Below, in pieces: positions 44,985 to 55,308 of a stretch of DNA of 64,000 nt. The position numbers were made by a program, and so were the translations under genes. Source of the DNA: a candidate division FCPU426 bacterium (GTDB lineage Bacteria; Oederibacteriota; JAAXVQ01; JAUVAV01); NCBI GenBank assembly GCA_030637655.1, contig DAOWGI010000002.1:3122-67121 (forward strand). The letters are read 5' to 3'. The notes beneath the pieces are model-generated. The model was given only the letters and a program-made list of their open reading frames with translations. It ran no database searches and was not told the DNA's origin. How positions within the stretch are numbered: position 1 is the stretch's first letter; each line of letters starts with the position of its first letter.

Positions 44985-45054
44985 GTAGGGAACGGTCCCC
45001 CGACCTGAAGAATATAGAGGAAAGGGATTTCCTTCGGTCGCGACCGTTCCCTAC
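44985..45054. repeat. REP-like palindrome, family 3
   Basis: GTAGGGAACGGTCCCCCGACCTGAAGAATATAGAGGAAAGGGATT...GACCGTTCCCTAC matches the reverse complement of 11616-11689. Confidence 0.7.
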
Positions 45055-45061
45055 GCAGATT

Positions 45062-45370
45062 TTATGTGTCGAAAATACCGTAAATAGGCGGGCCGATCAT
45101 AAATTCCTGGAAAGGAAGTTTGCGCAAGTTAAAATGTTTTTGCATGGCATGTGTGCATTCTGCCAGACATTTTAAGTTATCATATTCCGCGTAGATTAGA
45201 ATGGATTGGTTGTCCAGATAGGGTAATGAGGGATCTTTGACCATGGAATTGACAACAGCAGTACGGCAGCCGGGCCTGGTTCTTTTGAAGGCGGAGTAGT
45301 GTTCGAACAATTGGATAGCCTCGTTTCGGACCTCGGATTTTAGCTTGAGAATAGTAATTTCTCTGACCAT
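45062..45370 (-). CDS. small hypothetical protein (102 aa)
   Basis: I chose the internal start MVREITILKLKSEV with GAGGAG upstream. I cannot support any function. Confidence 0.4.
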   Translation of the reverse strand: MVREITILKLKSEVRNEAIQLFEHYSAFKRTRPGCRTAVVNSMVKDPSLPYLDNQSILIYAEYDNLKCLAECTHAMQKHFNLRKLPFQEFMIGPPIYGIFDT

Positions 45371-45460
45371 GGGGCACACTCCTCTTGGCAATAAAAACAA
45401 TGCTATCATATATAAGGCATGAGTTGTGGTCAATGCTTTTCGCTATGGAATAAAATTAAA

Positions 45461-45723
45461 GGCAGATTGTAACTCATATTGCAACATTACCTGATTGCTA
45501 CACAAATAGGCAAATAGTTACTTTATCCTTAAAAAACTCACCACAAAGGCACTAAGGCTACAAAGGTTCACTAAGCAGCATAATGATTAATAATTAAGGT
45601 CTATCTTAGGCTTTACTTTGTGTATCTTAGTGTCCTTTGTGCTTTTGTGGTGGATCTTTTTCTTTAAGTCTTTATAGTTCAATAATAAATGATAAAATGT
45701 TGCACTTGTGATTACAATTCACC
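45461..45723 (-). mobile_element. 263-bp MITE-like element, family A, copy 2
   Basis: It is the reverse complement of 264-526 with 6 mismatches. It is flanked by a perfect 16-bp direct repeat ATGGAATAAAATTAAA (45445-45460 and 45724-45739). Confidence 0.6.
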
Positions 45724-45876
45724 ATGGAATAAAATTAAATAATTAGCAAAAATATATTTATACTCAAACCGAATCATCTTATAATACAAATCACTGTCTT
45801 GGGTATCGAAGTACGAGAGCGGAAATGAAGACATAGCTGATAGTATTGGCAATTGTGATACAGAAGGAAAATGTGG

Positions 45877-46431
45877 ATGGAAATAATCATTAATCAGACC
45901 AAGCTTAGCCTGGAAAAAGGGGATATTACCAAATACCCGGTGGACGCTATTGTGAATGCAGCCAATCCCTCTTTGCTGGGAGGAGGAGGAGTGGACGGAG
46001 CGATTCATCGGGTAGGTGGACGAGCAATTTTGCATGAATGCAAACAGTTAACTACCAGGATAGGGAAACTCGCAACCGGAAAAGCAGTGATTACCACAGC
46101 AGGTAATTTGCCGGCCAGGAATGTGATACATACTGTAGGACCGATATGGCAAAGAAATACGGCTGTGGCCCCTCGACTGCTGGCAGCAGCGTATCGGAAT
46201 TCTTTGAGTCTGGCCGATGACATGACGTTGCGAACCATAGCCTTTCCTTCGATTTCCACTGGAGCGTACGGTTATCCTATTCAGGCAGCGGCACACACGG
46301 CACTATCGACAGTAAAAGCGTATCTGGAAAAAAGGACTTTTTTACAGCAAGTCATTTTTGTGTTGTTTTCTGACGGTGATTTGGAAGTATATAGCCAAGA
46401 ATTGTCAAAGTTAAATACTACACCTGTGTAA
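45877..46431 (+). CDS. ymdB: macro-domain protein (O-acetyl-ADP-ribose deacetylase/YmdB-like)
   Basis: DITKYPVDAIVNAANPSLLGGGGVDGAIHRVGG, AGNLPARNVIHTVGP and IAFPSISTGAYGYP are present. ATG 45871 is an alternative start. Confidence 0.8.
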   Translation: MEIIINQTKLSLEKGDITKYPVDAIVNAANPSLLGGGGVDGAIHRVGGRAILHECKQLTTRIGKLATGKAVITTAGNLPARNVIHTVGPIWQRNTAVAPRLLAAAYRNSLSLADDMTLRTIAFPSISTGAYGYPIQAAAHTALSTVKAYLEKRTFLQQVIFVLFSDGDLEVYSQELSKLNTTPV

Positions 46432-46479
46432 CATATCGGCGAAGTGCTGTGCTTTGTCAAATAACCCGGAAACGTAAGC

Positions 46480-46509
46480 TGTAGAGACGCGATTAATCGC
46501 GTCTCTACA
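46480..46509. repeat. REP-like palindrome, family 2
   Basis: TGTAGAGACGCGATTAATCGCGTCTCTACA is identical to 24989-25018. Confidence 0.8.
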
Positions 46510-46528
46510 TAGAACCAGGAGGTACGTC

Positions 46529-47206
46529 ATGGTTAAAAAGTTGGGTTTAGGAGTTCTAGTTCTGATGTTTTGTTGTTACTCATCGCTGTTGGCAAAGACA
46601 ACAGCGAAAAAACAGGAAATAGATCCGAAGAAACCACGCCTGGTGATGGTGCAAGTTCCTTCATGGAAAACCACTTTTTTTGGGTTGCCACAGGAACTGC
46701 CCTTGTTGATAAAACCGGGTGAAAAATTTACCGGGAAGTCAAAGCATTATGATTTTACAGAAGGCATATCCGCCATGGAAGTCTTTATTGCCCTGCGTCC
46801 GAAAGAGCAGCAGAGTCAGGCCTACCGGTTGTTCATTAAAAAATGGCCGTTGTATCAAAATTTTTTTAAAGCCGTGGAGCAGGAAAAGTATGCTGAGGCA
46901 GCGCAGTGGTTGGATACCATTATAGGTATTGATCCGAAAGAACCGGCTGTGCACTTTTATTGGGGAAGTTTGAACACCCAAACAAAAAAATACGCGGCCG
47001 CCGAAAAGAGTTACCAGGCTTGTATTGAAGCCTATCCGGGATACGGACCTGCCTATATTAATTTAGCGCGTTTGGTGAAATCCAGAGGAGATGATACCCA
47101 GGCACGCGTACTTTTGAAAAAAGCGTTGGAACAATTACAGGACGGTGATCAGGACGATGCCAGACGCATAGCACAGAAAATGTTGGGAAGTCTTTCGGGA
47201 AAATAA
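46529..47206 (+). CDS. secreted/lipoprotein-like TPR-repeat protein
   Basis: It has a signal-like N-terminus (LGVLVLMFCCYSSLLA). TPR-like segments include AEKSYQACIEAYPGYGPAYINLARLVKSRGDDTQARVLLKKALE. Confidence 0.55.
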   Translation: MVKKLGLGVLVLMFCCYSSLLAKTTAKKQEIDPKKPRLVMVQVPSWKTTFFGLPQELPLLIKPGEKFTGKSKHYDFTEGISAMEVFIALRPKEQQSQAYRLFIKKWPLYQNFFKAVEQEKYAEAAQWLDTIIGIDPKEPAVHFYWGSLNTQTKKYAAAEKSYQACIEAYPGYGPAYINLARLVKSRGDDTQARVLLKKALEQLQDGDQDDARRIAQKMLGSLSGK

Positions 47207-47265
47207 CGAGTAAAATATTCAGTTGCCAAGGAGTTGGCAATCCATTTTAAGGAAGGAGATTGTCC

Positions 47266-47742
47266 ATGGTGGAATTAAAGCAAATCGAGTCAGGTAAGTT
47301 GTTGTGCCTTGAGGCCAAAAGTTCATTATTGGATGTCAGTGCGCTATTTCAGCAGATCAAGGACTATACCGGAGAACGTAAGGTGCCATTGAAAGGGGAT
47401 CATCTGGTAATTGTGTACGATCCGCCCGAGGCGATCAATCGGGAACAAGCGCACTATGCAGCAGCCGTGGAATTGGCCGGGGATTGTACCGGGGACGGTG
47501 AGTTAACAGTAGTTGTGCAGAGCAATATGACGGTGGCGTATGAATGTTTTCAGGGCCCGTATGAGGGCTTGGCGGACGTATATCAAAGGATTATATCCTG
47601 GATTCACGACAAAGGCTATCAGGTGGCCGGACCTGCGCGCGAATTTTATCTGGTTGGACCGCCGGCGGATCCCGCCTCGTTTATAACAGAAGTGCAGATT
47701 CCGATCCGGCGTTTTAGAGCAGGAAACAGCAGTGAAACTTAG
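47266..47742 (+). CDS. GyrI-like small-molecule-binding domain protein
   Basis: GPYEGLADVYQRIISWIHDKGYQVAGPAREFYLVGP is typical of GyrI-like/effector-binding domains. AAGGAAGGAG lies 7 nt upstream of ATG 47266. Confidence 0.55.
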   Translation: MVELKQIESGKLLCLEAKSSLLDVSALFQQIKDYTGERKVPLKGDHLVIVYDPPEAINREQAHYAAAVELAGDCTGDGELTVVVQSNMTVAYECFQGPYEGLADVYQRIISWIHDKGYQVAGPAREFYLVGPPADPASFITEVQIPIRRFRAGNSSET

Positions 47743-48538
47743 GCCGATCCCTCGGGACCGTCTGGAAGTCTGGCGCAAAAAGTATTATGCCTATTTGGGT
47801 ATTCCGGTGATTCCGGATTTTCATGAGGCCTTATGTCAAACCGGGGAAGCTTTCATGGTGGAAGATGCCGGTCATGCGTTGGGATATGTTATTATTACGC
47901 GCGAGTTTTTTTTGCCGAATGTCGCACCGGTGATTCCTGAATTTTACTTGGAAGTCGAACAAACACGCTATGCCAGGCAATTGGTGGAGGCGCTGATTCG
48001 CGAGTTGGAACCTCTGACTATTTTGGGCCGGACCGATGATACGCATGGATTTCCATTGCTGATGGATTTGAGAATTCCTAACAGTGTGGCTTATTCTGTT
48101 TATCTGTTAAAAAATGAGCCGCAGTGGGCGGAAAATGACGAATTACGCATAGAAGAAAGTTCTATGGATGAAGCATTGGATCTGTTGCCATTCTATGCTT
48201 CTGTACCGCTGGAGGATGGTGGGATTCCGGACGAAATGTCTCTGACCAAGAGTTTGGCCTTGTGGCAACATTACCGCTTACGGGTGCAAGGAAACATCGC
48301 TGCCGTATGCTATATTATTCCGCTGGTCCGGCGTTATATTACTGCTGCTACCATTGTGTTGGCCGTGGCACGTAGCAATGGCTACGGACGTTATTTAACA
48401 GCCTACGCAGTTGCTCGTGAGATAAGAGCTGGAAATGTTTTTGTTGCAGCCGGCGATCCGGAAAATGAGGCGGCCCGGGGGTTGATTGAGTCTTTGGGCG
48501 CGTGCCTGACTGCTCATTATATTTATTTTCGTCCGTAG
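47732..48538 (+). CDS. probable GNAT-family acetyltransferase
   Basis: The C-terminal half has a GNAT motif-A-like ARSNGYGRYLTAYAVAREI. It has a GTG start overlapping the previous gene. This is a weak call. Confidence 0.4.
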   Translation: MKLRPIPRDRLEVWRKKYYAYLGIPVIPDFHEALCQTGEAFMVEDAGHALGYVIITREFFLPNVAPVIPEFYLEVEQTRYARQLVEALIRELEPLTILGRTDDTHGFPLLMDLRIPNSVAYSVYLLKNEPQWAENDELRIEESSMDEALDLLPFYASVPLEDGGIPDEMSLTKSLALWQHYRLRVQGNIAAVCYIIPLVRRYITAATIVLAVARSNGYGRYLTAYAVAREIRAGNVFVAAGDPENEAARGLIESLGACLTAHYIYFRP

Positions 48539-48588
48539 TCATAAGGGCGTAAGAGATTTTTCGCTATGTCTGGAATGACATGTAAACC

Positions 48589-48670
48589 GTAGGGGCGCAC
48601 TGAGTGCGCCCTGAACAGAGCGTAGGGGCGAACCTTGCCTGTGCCCGTCTTTTGGGTATGTTCGCCCGCC
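48589..48670. repeat. two adjacent REP-like palindromes, family 1
   Basis: The first is GTAGGGGCGCACTGAGTGCGCCCT. The second is GTAGGGGCGAAC...GTTCGCCCGCC. Confidence 0.65.
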
Positions 48671-48800
48671 AACGATGTATTTACCGCAGGGATGATCTTT
48701 ATGATCGCTGTGGGGCTCCATGCGGAAAAATGGCGTTCTGTCAAATTCAGGGTTGAAGAATATGTGATCTGTGGTTAGAATTAAGAGCAGGTGTTCCTAA

Positions 48801-49526
48801 ATGCGGAGGGTTAACCCAGTGAAAAAATTCTATGTTTTACAGCATATTGATTGTGAGCCGTTAGGTATTTGGGAAGAAGAACTTAAACGTTGGTATGCCC
48901 GGTACGAGTATATTAAAGTCTGGGAAGGAGCACCCCTGCCGGAACCGGAAAACACCTTAGCGGCGATAGTGTTGGGTGGTCCTATGAGCGTGAATGACAC
49001 TGAAAATTTTCCTTTTGTGACAAAAGAGATTGAGTATTTGCGGAAATTAGTTGATGCCAAAGTGCACGTGTTGGGAGTATGTCTGGGAGCGCAATTGCTG
49101 GCTGCGGCCTTAGGCGCTGAAATTTCCAATGGTTCCAAAGCGGAAATTGGCTATTCGACCATTACTCTGACACATGAAGGAACCGAGGATCGTCTGATGC
49201 TGGGGTTTCCTATGGAATTTCCAGTATTCCAGTGGCATGAACAAGGATTTGAATTACCCAGGGGTGCTAAAAGACTGGCTGGGACAGAAGACTATCCCAA
49301 CCAAGCATTTCGCTATGAAAATGTCTGGGGTCTGCAATTTCATTTGGAAGTCACACCGGAAATGGCGGAAAATTTCAGCCAAGCGTATGCCGATATGTTG
49401 GAACAGGTACCCAATCTCACACCGCGAAAATTAAAAGAACAAGCGGCAGTTAATGGCCATATGGTAACCTTGTATGGCCGGCAAGTGATTAGGCGTTTTT
49501 GGGATTCTGTAACGACCGGCGATTAA
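48801..49526 (+). CDS. class-I glutamine amidotransferase-like protein
   Basis: The nucleophile-elbow VLGVCLGAQLLA is present, with the FHLE histidine region (GLQFHLEVT). Confidence 0.75.
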   Translation: MRRVNPVKKFYVLQHIDCEPLGIWEEELKRWYARYEYIKVWEGAPLPEPENTLAAIVLGGPMSVNDTENFPFVTKEIEYLRKLVDAKVHVLGVCLGAQLLAAALGAEISNGSKAEIGYSTITLTHEGTEDRLMLGFPMEFPVFQWHEQGFELPRGAKRLAGTEDYPNQAFRYENVWGLQFHLEVTPEMAENFSQAYADMLEQVPNLTPRKLKEQAAVNGHMVTLYGRQVIRRFWDSVTTGD

Positions 49527-49590
49527 TGATGAATATTAATTTCCCAGGAACACAACCCCTAGGTAAAGGTTTGTCGACGACAGGGTATTA

Positions 49591-49971
49591 TTGAATAGTG
49601 AGAGTATGGCAATGATAAAAACGACTAAGCAGCATCCCTGGCAGCTCTTGCTGCTCTTGGCTATTGGAATATTTATTGGTAGCTTTTGGTTTCTTTTTGG
49701 TTTTTTGACCGTAGTGGGAGCTTCAGCAGCCTGGTGGTACTATCCGCTTTCTTTGGCGCCAGGCAGCGCGATAATTTTTCTAGTAGTCATGGCTCGGCGA
49801 GCGCCTGTGCCTTATGGTACTGGTTTAATGGTCCTGGGATTGTCTTTGATTATTTTGTCAGCGGTGCGGGGAAGCTCGGTAGTGACCGGGATCGCCGTTG
49901 GAACACCGGTTTTTATCGTAGGTTTATGTTTTGCGTGGTTGAACAAGATTCTGTCTAAAGTTTCTGCTTAG
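49591..49971 (+). CDS. small hypothetical membrane protein
   Basis: It has four hydrophobic segments and no motif. Confidence 0.45.
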   Translation: MNSESMAMIKTTKQHPWQLLLLLAIGIFIGSFWFLFGFLTVVGASAAWWYYPLSLAPGSAIIFLVVMARRAPVPYGTGLMVLGLSLIILSAVRGSSVVTGIAVGTPVFIVGLCFAWLNKILSKVSA

Positions 49972-50097
49972 CCATTTGTCCTGGAGTCCTGTTTTTATAC
50001 CGAATGGTGTATTCTGAGTTGCCTCGCTGATTATTGACTTTGCGAATCAAACAGTATACGATCATGATATATTATTTTTAAAAAAGAGGTGTTGAAA

Positions 50098-50340
50098 ATG
50101 GCACGATATGTGTATTTGTGTGATACCTGTAAGCAAAAATTCGAAGTGGATAAACCCATGGCGCAGTCCGGTCAGGTTGAGTCTTGTCCGCAATGTAAAA
50201 CTGCGGGGGAAAGAGTTTTTACCAGACCTGGAATTACCATTAAAGGAGCGCCGATAAAATTTAAAGATGGTGATCAGAGCGCAGAAGCGGGTGGTTGTGA
50301 TGGATGTTGTCATGACAGCTGTGATATGAAACAGCATTGA
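50098..50340 (+). CDS. FmdB-family zinc-ribbon protein
   Basis: MARYVYLCDTCKQKFEV...CPQC shows the CxxC...CxxC pattern, with a Cys-rich tail. Confidence 0.65.
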   Translation: MARYVYLCDTCKQKFEVDKPMAQSGQVESCPQCKTAGERVFTRPGITIKGAPIKFKDGDQSAEAGGCDGCCHDSCDMKQH

Positions 50341-50404
50341 GTACCGCGTGTCAAGGCTGTTTTGGGAAAACGGGTTGGGTCGTGACGGCAAGGAAGGTTA
50401 GCTC

Positions 50405-52243
50405 ATGAAAATTTTGCCTTCATCTACGCTTAAACGATTATCACATCATTTTGAATTAAATATTATTGGAAAATGGATTTTTATTGGCATCCTGATCGGT
50501 GTGGTGGGTGGATTGGGAGCCTGGATTTTTATGCTCCTACTCAACCTGGTCCGGGCTGTATTTACAACCGGGTTGCTTCATCACTTGGCTCCCCAGAGTG
50601 CTGATTTGCCTGGTTATTTTTCCACTTTGTTTCAATCCAAATGGTGGTGGGTTATTCCCTTGATTCCTGTGGTTGGTGGTCTGATTTCCGGACTTTTGGT
50701 TTATCTCTGGGCCCCGGAAGCTGAGGGTCATGGAACCGATGGTGTAATTCACAGTTTTCATCGGGGTCGTGGATTGATTCGTGCCCGGGTTCCGCTAATT
50801 AAAACCCTGGCTTCGGCAGCAGTGATTGGCACTGGCGGAAGCGCGGGGCGGGAAGGGCCCATTGCACAGATTGGCGCGGGTTTTGGATCTGTGCTGGGAC
50901 GGTTTCTGAAAGTATCTGTGAAAGATCGGCGTTTGATGATATTGGCCGGAGCGGCAGCCGGTATATCCGCGATTTTTCAAGCACCCCTGGGTGGCGCTAT
51001 TTTCACCACTGAAGTGTTGTATCGTAATCATGAATTGGAAACCGAAGCTTTAATACCCGGCATTATTTCTTCGCTGACAGCCTATTCTTTGTATACTCGT
51101 TTGGTGGGTCGCGAGCAGTTATTCATGATACCGACCTTACGTTTTGAACGGGCCGAAGAACTGGTGATTTATACAATTCTTGGTTTGCTCTGTGCCGTGG
51201 TAGGTATCGTGTACGTAAAAGTGTTTTATGGTTTCCGGGATCATTTTTTTAGGCCGTTGAAGATACCGAAGTGGCTAAAACCGGCTTTTGGTGGATTGTT
51301 GTTAGGATTGCTGGCTGTTTTTTTACCGCAAGTATGGGGTGGTGGATATGACGTCATGCAACAAGCCATGACACATCAATTGACAGCGACCTTAATGTTG
51401 CTTTTGGTGTTTGGAAAAATACTCGCAACCTCGTTTTCGATCAGTTCCGGCGGTTCGGGCGGTGTTTTCGCGCCCTCGTTATTCATTGGAGCCATGTTGG
51501 GAGGGTGCGTGGGAGTGACACTGACTGGTTGGTTGCCAAGTAATTTTGTGCCTGATCCTACAGCCTTGGTGGTAGTGGGTATGGGTGGTTTTTTTGCCGG
51601 GATTGCCAAAGTGCCGATTGCCAGCATTATTATGGTGTCCGAAATGACAGGTGGCTATGGCCTGCTGGTGCCCATGATGTTGGTATCTACCATTACCGTA
51701 CTCTTTACGCGTCATCACACCTTGTATGAAAGACAGGTACTCTCCACCATCGATTCTCCGGCCCATAAAGGGGATTTTATTACGGATCTGTTGGCCGGCT
51801 TATCTACCCGGGATACCAAGGCGTTACAGCAAAAGCCGGTTACAGTACGTGCAGTGACCTCCCTCAGCGACATGCTGAAAAAATTAAGCGGCAGTGATCA
51901 AAATTTGATACCAGTGGTGGATCAACAAGACATAGTGGTGGGCATGATTAATTTTCAGGATTTGCGGGATGTTTTGTTTGAGGGGGAGTTGGATTTGAAC
52001 CTGGTCATTGCTGCGGATGTAGCCAAGACCACCTTTCCCTTTATCACGCCGGACACAAATCTTCATGAAGTGATTACCAAATTTGCCCAGTACAGCATGA
52101 ACGAATTTCCGGTGATTGATGCTGAGAATCGTCATTTACAGGGCGTTCTAACCAAACATGAAGTCATTTATTCATATAACAAGGAATTGCAGGGTTTTAA
52201 GGCCAAAGAGGCCAAGCTGACCAAGCGTGGAGGATTTTTATAG
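50405..52243 (+). CDS. ClC-family chloride channel/transporter with C-terminal CBS pair
   Basis: The selectivity motifs GSAGREGP, GGAIFTTE and GGSGGVFAPSLFIGA are present. The C-terminal ~140 aa look CBS-like. Confidence 0.9.
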   Translation: MKILPSSTLKRLSHHFELNIIGKWIFIGILIGVVGGLGAWIFMLLLNLVRAVFTTGLLHHLAPQSADLPGYFSTLFQSKWWWVIPLIPVVGGLISGLLVYLWAPEAEGHGTDGVIHSFHRGRGLIRARVPLIKTLASAAVIGTGGSAGREGPIAQIGAGFGSVLGRFLKVSVKDRRLMILAGAAAGISAIFQAPLGGAIFTTEVLYRNHELETEALIPGIISSLTAYSLYTRLVGREQLFMIPTLRFERAEELVIYTILGLLCAVVGIVYVKVFYGFRDHFFRPLKIPKWLKPAFGGLLLGLLAVFLPQVWGGGYDVMQQAMTHQLTATLMLLLVFGKILATSFSISSGGSGGVFAPSLFIGAMLGGCVGVTLTGWLPSNFVPDPTALVVVGMGGFFAGIAKVPIASIIMVSEMTGGYGLLVPMMLVSTITVLFTRHHTLYERQVLSTIDSPAHKGDFITDLLAGLSTRDTKALQQKPVTVRAVTSLSDMLKKLSGSDQNLIPVVDQQDIVVGMINFQDLRDVLFEGELDLNLVIAADVAKTTFPFITPDTNLHEVITKFAQYSMNEFPVIDAENRHLQGVLTKHEVIYSYNKELQGFKAKEAKLTKRGGFL

Positions 52244-52441
52244 CCGGCACCGCGTCGCCGGTCAAATTGAACATTATATATGATTTAAGCGGATAGTTTT
52301 GAGACCGAGAATATTAGTACAGCTGGTTTAGAAAGTGGAAAACGCGATCATTGAACAATAATGACTTTTTTGCAGATTCGGTTTTTGCCTGATCGAGTAA
52401 AAAAATTTGGAAAAACAATGATATTCACGTGTGGATATTCA

Positions 52442-52470
52442 TTGTCAGCAAATCCCAGGCAGGCTATAAT
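52442..52470 (+). promoter_or_regulatory. candidate sigma-70 promoter
   Basis: The pattern TTGTCA-N17-TATAAT lies 58 nt upstream of the 52528 start. Confidence 0.45.
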
Positions 52471-52527
52471 GCGGCCTAACCCGGGGTCTAATGATTGAGT
52501 TGTTGAGGATTACTGGAGTGGTACAAT

Positions 52528-53463
52528 ATGTTGATAAAAAAAATAACTGTGCGGACATTTTTACACCCCAAGCGTGTATTCCTGTATATGCTGATGGTTT
52601 TATTTTCGATTGTACCGGCATCAGTTTGGGCTGAAAAAATCGTAGTCGTTCTCAGCCGGGCATTGCTGCCTTATGAACAAGCTTGGGAAGGGTTTAAACT
52701 CAACACCAGCATGAAAGTGGAAAAACTGGACATGCAAGGGGATGCGGCAAAGGGTGAAAAAATTATGAGTGGCATCTCAGGAGATTCTGTTGCGCTGGTT
52801 GTAACCATTGGTTCAGAGGCTACCATGATGGCGGGTAAATACTTGGGCGCCATACCAATGGTATATACCATGGTACTGGAACAGCCGAAGATTACCGGGA
52901 AAATCAACCGAGGTGTATTAATGCGAGTAAAATTAAAAAAGCAACTGGAGACCTTGAACAAACTTTTTCCGGATAACAAGGGTATAGGTGTAATTTATAA
53001 TCTGCATTATTCAGGAGCGACCATCAATGAAGCCAGAAAAATTACCAAGGCCTTGAACGCTTATTTGCTTCCGATTGCAGTGGAAAATGTTTCCGATATT
53101 CCAAGTGCTTTGAAAAAAATAACCCGAAAAGAAATCGGTGTTTTGTGGTCCATTGTCGATGCTACTGTGGCTAAACCAGAGGCCGTTAAAATGTTGATTC
53201 AACACGCGCTAAAGGAGAAATTGCCTTTTTTGGCCTTGTCGCGTTATCATGTGAAAGCAGGCGCTTTAGCCGCTTTGTCTGTGGATTACCAGGACATAGG
53301 CGCTCAAACCGCCCACTTGTCAAAAAAAATGTTGGCCGACGGGACTTCGCAACCAGCCGAGGAACCGCGAAAATTGATTCTGTTCATTAATAAAGAAACC
53401 CAAAAAAAAATGGATATTGGTAATTTGCCGGAATTAAAAGGCATACAGGTTATCGCAAAATAG
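52528..53463 (+). CDS. periplasmic ABC-type substrate-binding-like protein (ABC_sub_bind-like), probably partnering the MCP
   Basis: It has a signal/anchor sequence. The layout (KIVVVLS..., GIGVIYN, LPFLALS) resembles that family, and the stop lies 15 nt from the MCP start. This is a weak call. Confidence 0.4.
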   Translation: MLIKKITVRTFLHPKRVFLYMLMVLFSIVPASVWAEKIVVVLSRALLPYEQAWEGFKLNTSMKVEKLDMQGDAAKGEKIMSGISGDSVALVVTIGSEATMMAGKYLGAIPMVYTMVLEQPKITGKINRGVLMRVKLKKQLETLNKLFPDNKGIGVIYNLHYSGATINEARKITKALNAYLLPIAVENVSDIPSALKKITRKEIGVLWSIVDATVAKPEAVKMLIQHALKEKLPFLALSRYHVKAGALAALSVDYQDIGAQTAHLSKKMLADGTSQPAEEPRKLILFINKETQKKMDIGNLPELKGIQVIAK

Positions 53464-53478
53464 CGAAGGGACAACTGC

Positions 53479-55218
53479 ATGAAGAAAAGAAAGAGTATTA
53501 AAAAGTTTATTTTTGTTTTTATTTATTCCTTTGTTTTCAGTCTATGCGTGGCGTTCTTTATTCCCAGTTTAATCCAGACGCAGCGGCATATAAAAAGTGA
53601 GTTTCTAGAGCGGGGCAAGTCATTGACTCGCAATATTGCCTTGAATTGTCAAAATGTCATGGGTGGTGCTATGGACCGACAGGCGCTTTTTACTTTGGCG
53701 GACAGCTTAATGCGTGAGACGGATATTCTATGGGTTGTCGTTTTGGATAAAAAAGGCGAAGTGTTGGCTGAGACCGGGACAGTGGATTTTACCTACTTGG
53801 TTGAAGAAGTATCAGAACTCGGACATAAAGAGAAAATCGATCTGCGCGAATTACGCCTTCCGGATGGGAAAAAGGCCATTAATTATTATATCGGCATCCG
53901 TAAGAGCGCGTCAGACACTGCGGCCATGGTCAATAAGGAATTGTCATTGCTGGAAGGTTTTGGGGGAGAAATGGCGATTCCGGAGCAATCATCCGGCGTG
54001 TCTTTTTTGGGGGACGTACACGTAGGCATGTCCTTGCAAAGATTAAACGCATCCTTTCGGAAGCTCGGTTTGCAACTGCTGATTATTTGTTTGCTGGCCT
54101 TGTGTGCCGGCACGGTGGCAGGATCCTATTTTGCCAAATTCCTGTTGGTCCCCATTAATCAATTTATCGCCCGCATGAAGGATATCGCTTCGCGCAAGGG
54201 TGATTTAACCCAGCGTCTTGCCTTGGACCGTGATGATGAGTTCGGTGAAATGGCTGATTATTTCAATGATTTTATTCAAAATGTTGCTCTGATTGTGAAA
54301 GAAACCGTTCAACTCATCGACAAAATGAATGTTTCTTTGGAGGAAATATCCGCCACCTCCGAAGAATTGAGCGCGAATGCCGACAATGTAAATGTCACGG
54401 TGCAAGGCGTTACCAATGATCTGGAAACGCAAGAGGGGGAATCCACCACCACGCACAATACCATTGAGCAAGTGCTTACCACCATTTTACAGATTACCCG
54501 GAAATCCCAAGATGCCTATCAGGTCTCGGCTGAGACCAAAAATGTCTCGCGTGAAAGCGGCAAAACCGTCCAAGCGTCAGTAAAAATGATCGACGGAATT
54601 TCAGATAGGATGAATTTGATCGAGGAACGGATGAAGCGTCTTGATCAGTCGTTAGGCGGTATTGGGGAATTTGTGGAGGCGATTCGTAAAGTTGTCTCCC
54701 AAACCAACCTTTTATCTCTGAATGCCGCCATTGAAGCTGCGCGTGCCGGCGAGGCCGGACGCGGGTTTTCTGTGGTGGCGGAGGAAGTGCGCAAGCTCGC
54801 GGAAGATGCCAGTTCTGCTTCAGAAAAGATTCAGAATTTGATTGAAAAAATTCAAGCCGAAGTCAAAGGCACGGGCGAGGCCACACGGCAGGGTACTGAA
54901 GCGGTGTCGCAGGGCACTCGCATGGTAAACGAGGCAGGTGTTTCGCTTGGAAAAATCATGCAGAGCGCCGAGCATTCGGCCGGTGTTTCCGAGGACATCT
55001 CCAACAGTCTGACACAACAATCCGATTCCCTGAAGGGTATGATAGGGCAGGTGGAGAAGGTGAAAATATTGGTGAAGAATAATTTTGTGGCTGCGCAATC
55101 GCTAACTGCTTCCGTGGAAGAGCAAACTGTTTCATTTGAACAAATCACTACCTCGATTCAGAAATTAAGTGAGGATGCGCAAAATATTCGAAAATTAGTA
55201 GTGGAATTTAAAATTTAA
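53479..55218 (+). CDS. methyl-accepting chemotaxis protein
   Basis: It has two TM segments, a HAMP domain, and the highly conserved signalling hairpin [38 protein letters not shown]. Confidence 0.9.
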   Translation: MKKRKSIKKFIFVFIYSFVFSLCVAFFIPSLIQTQRHIKSEFLERGKSLTRNIALNCQNVMGGAMDRQALFTLADSLMRETDILWVVVLDKKGEVLAETGTVDFTYLVEEVSELGHKEKIDLRELRLPDGKKAINYYIGIRKSASDTAAMVNKELSLLEGFGGEMAIPEQSSGVSFLGDVHVGMSLQRLNASFRKLGLQLLIICLLALCAGTVAGSYFAKFLLVPINQFIARMKDIASRKGDLTQRLALDRDDEFGEMADYFNDFIQNVALIVKETVQLIDKMNVSLEEISATSEELSANADNVNVTVQGVTNDLETQEGESTTTHNTIEQVLTTILQITRKSQDAYQVSAETKNVSRESGKTVQASVKMIDGISDRMNLIEERMKRLDQSLGGIGEFVEAIRKVVSQTNLLSLNAAIEAARAGEAGRGFSVVAEEVRKLAEDASSASEKIQNLIEKIQAEVKGTGEATRQGTEAVSQGTRMVNEAGVSLGKIMQSAEHSAGVSEDISNSLTQQSDSLKGMIGQVEKVKILVKNNFVAAQSLTASVEEQTVSFEQITTSIQKLSEDAQNIRKLVVEFKI

Positions 55219-55308
55219 TAACCCTTTTTTTCTTGATTTTACCAGCAGCAATACATATCATACTACGACCATCTGAATTTCAAAAAACATCTAAGGAGTG
55301 ATGATGCG

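Noticed and set aside
264-45723. The two inverted family-A MITE copies could be read as the ends of a 45-kb composite transposon enclosing the giant operon.
   Set aside because: Each copy has its own, different flanking direct repeat, which implies independent insertions. The interval also contains core genes (helicase, glgP, trmJ, cell-wall enzymes). The more specific btuC/cobO remnants define the accessory segment better.
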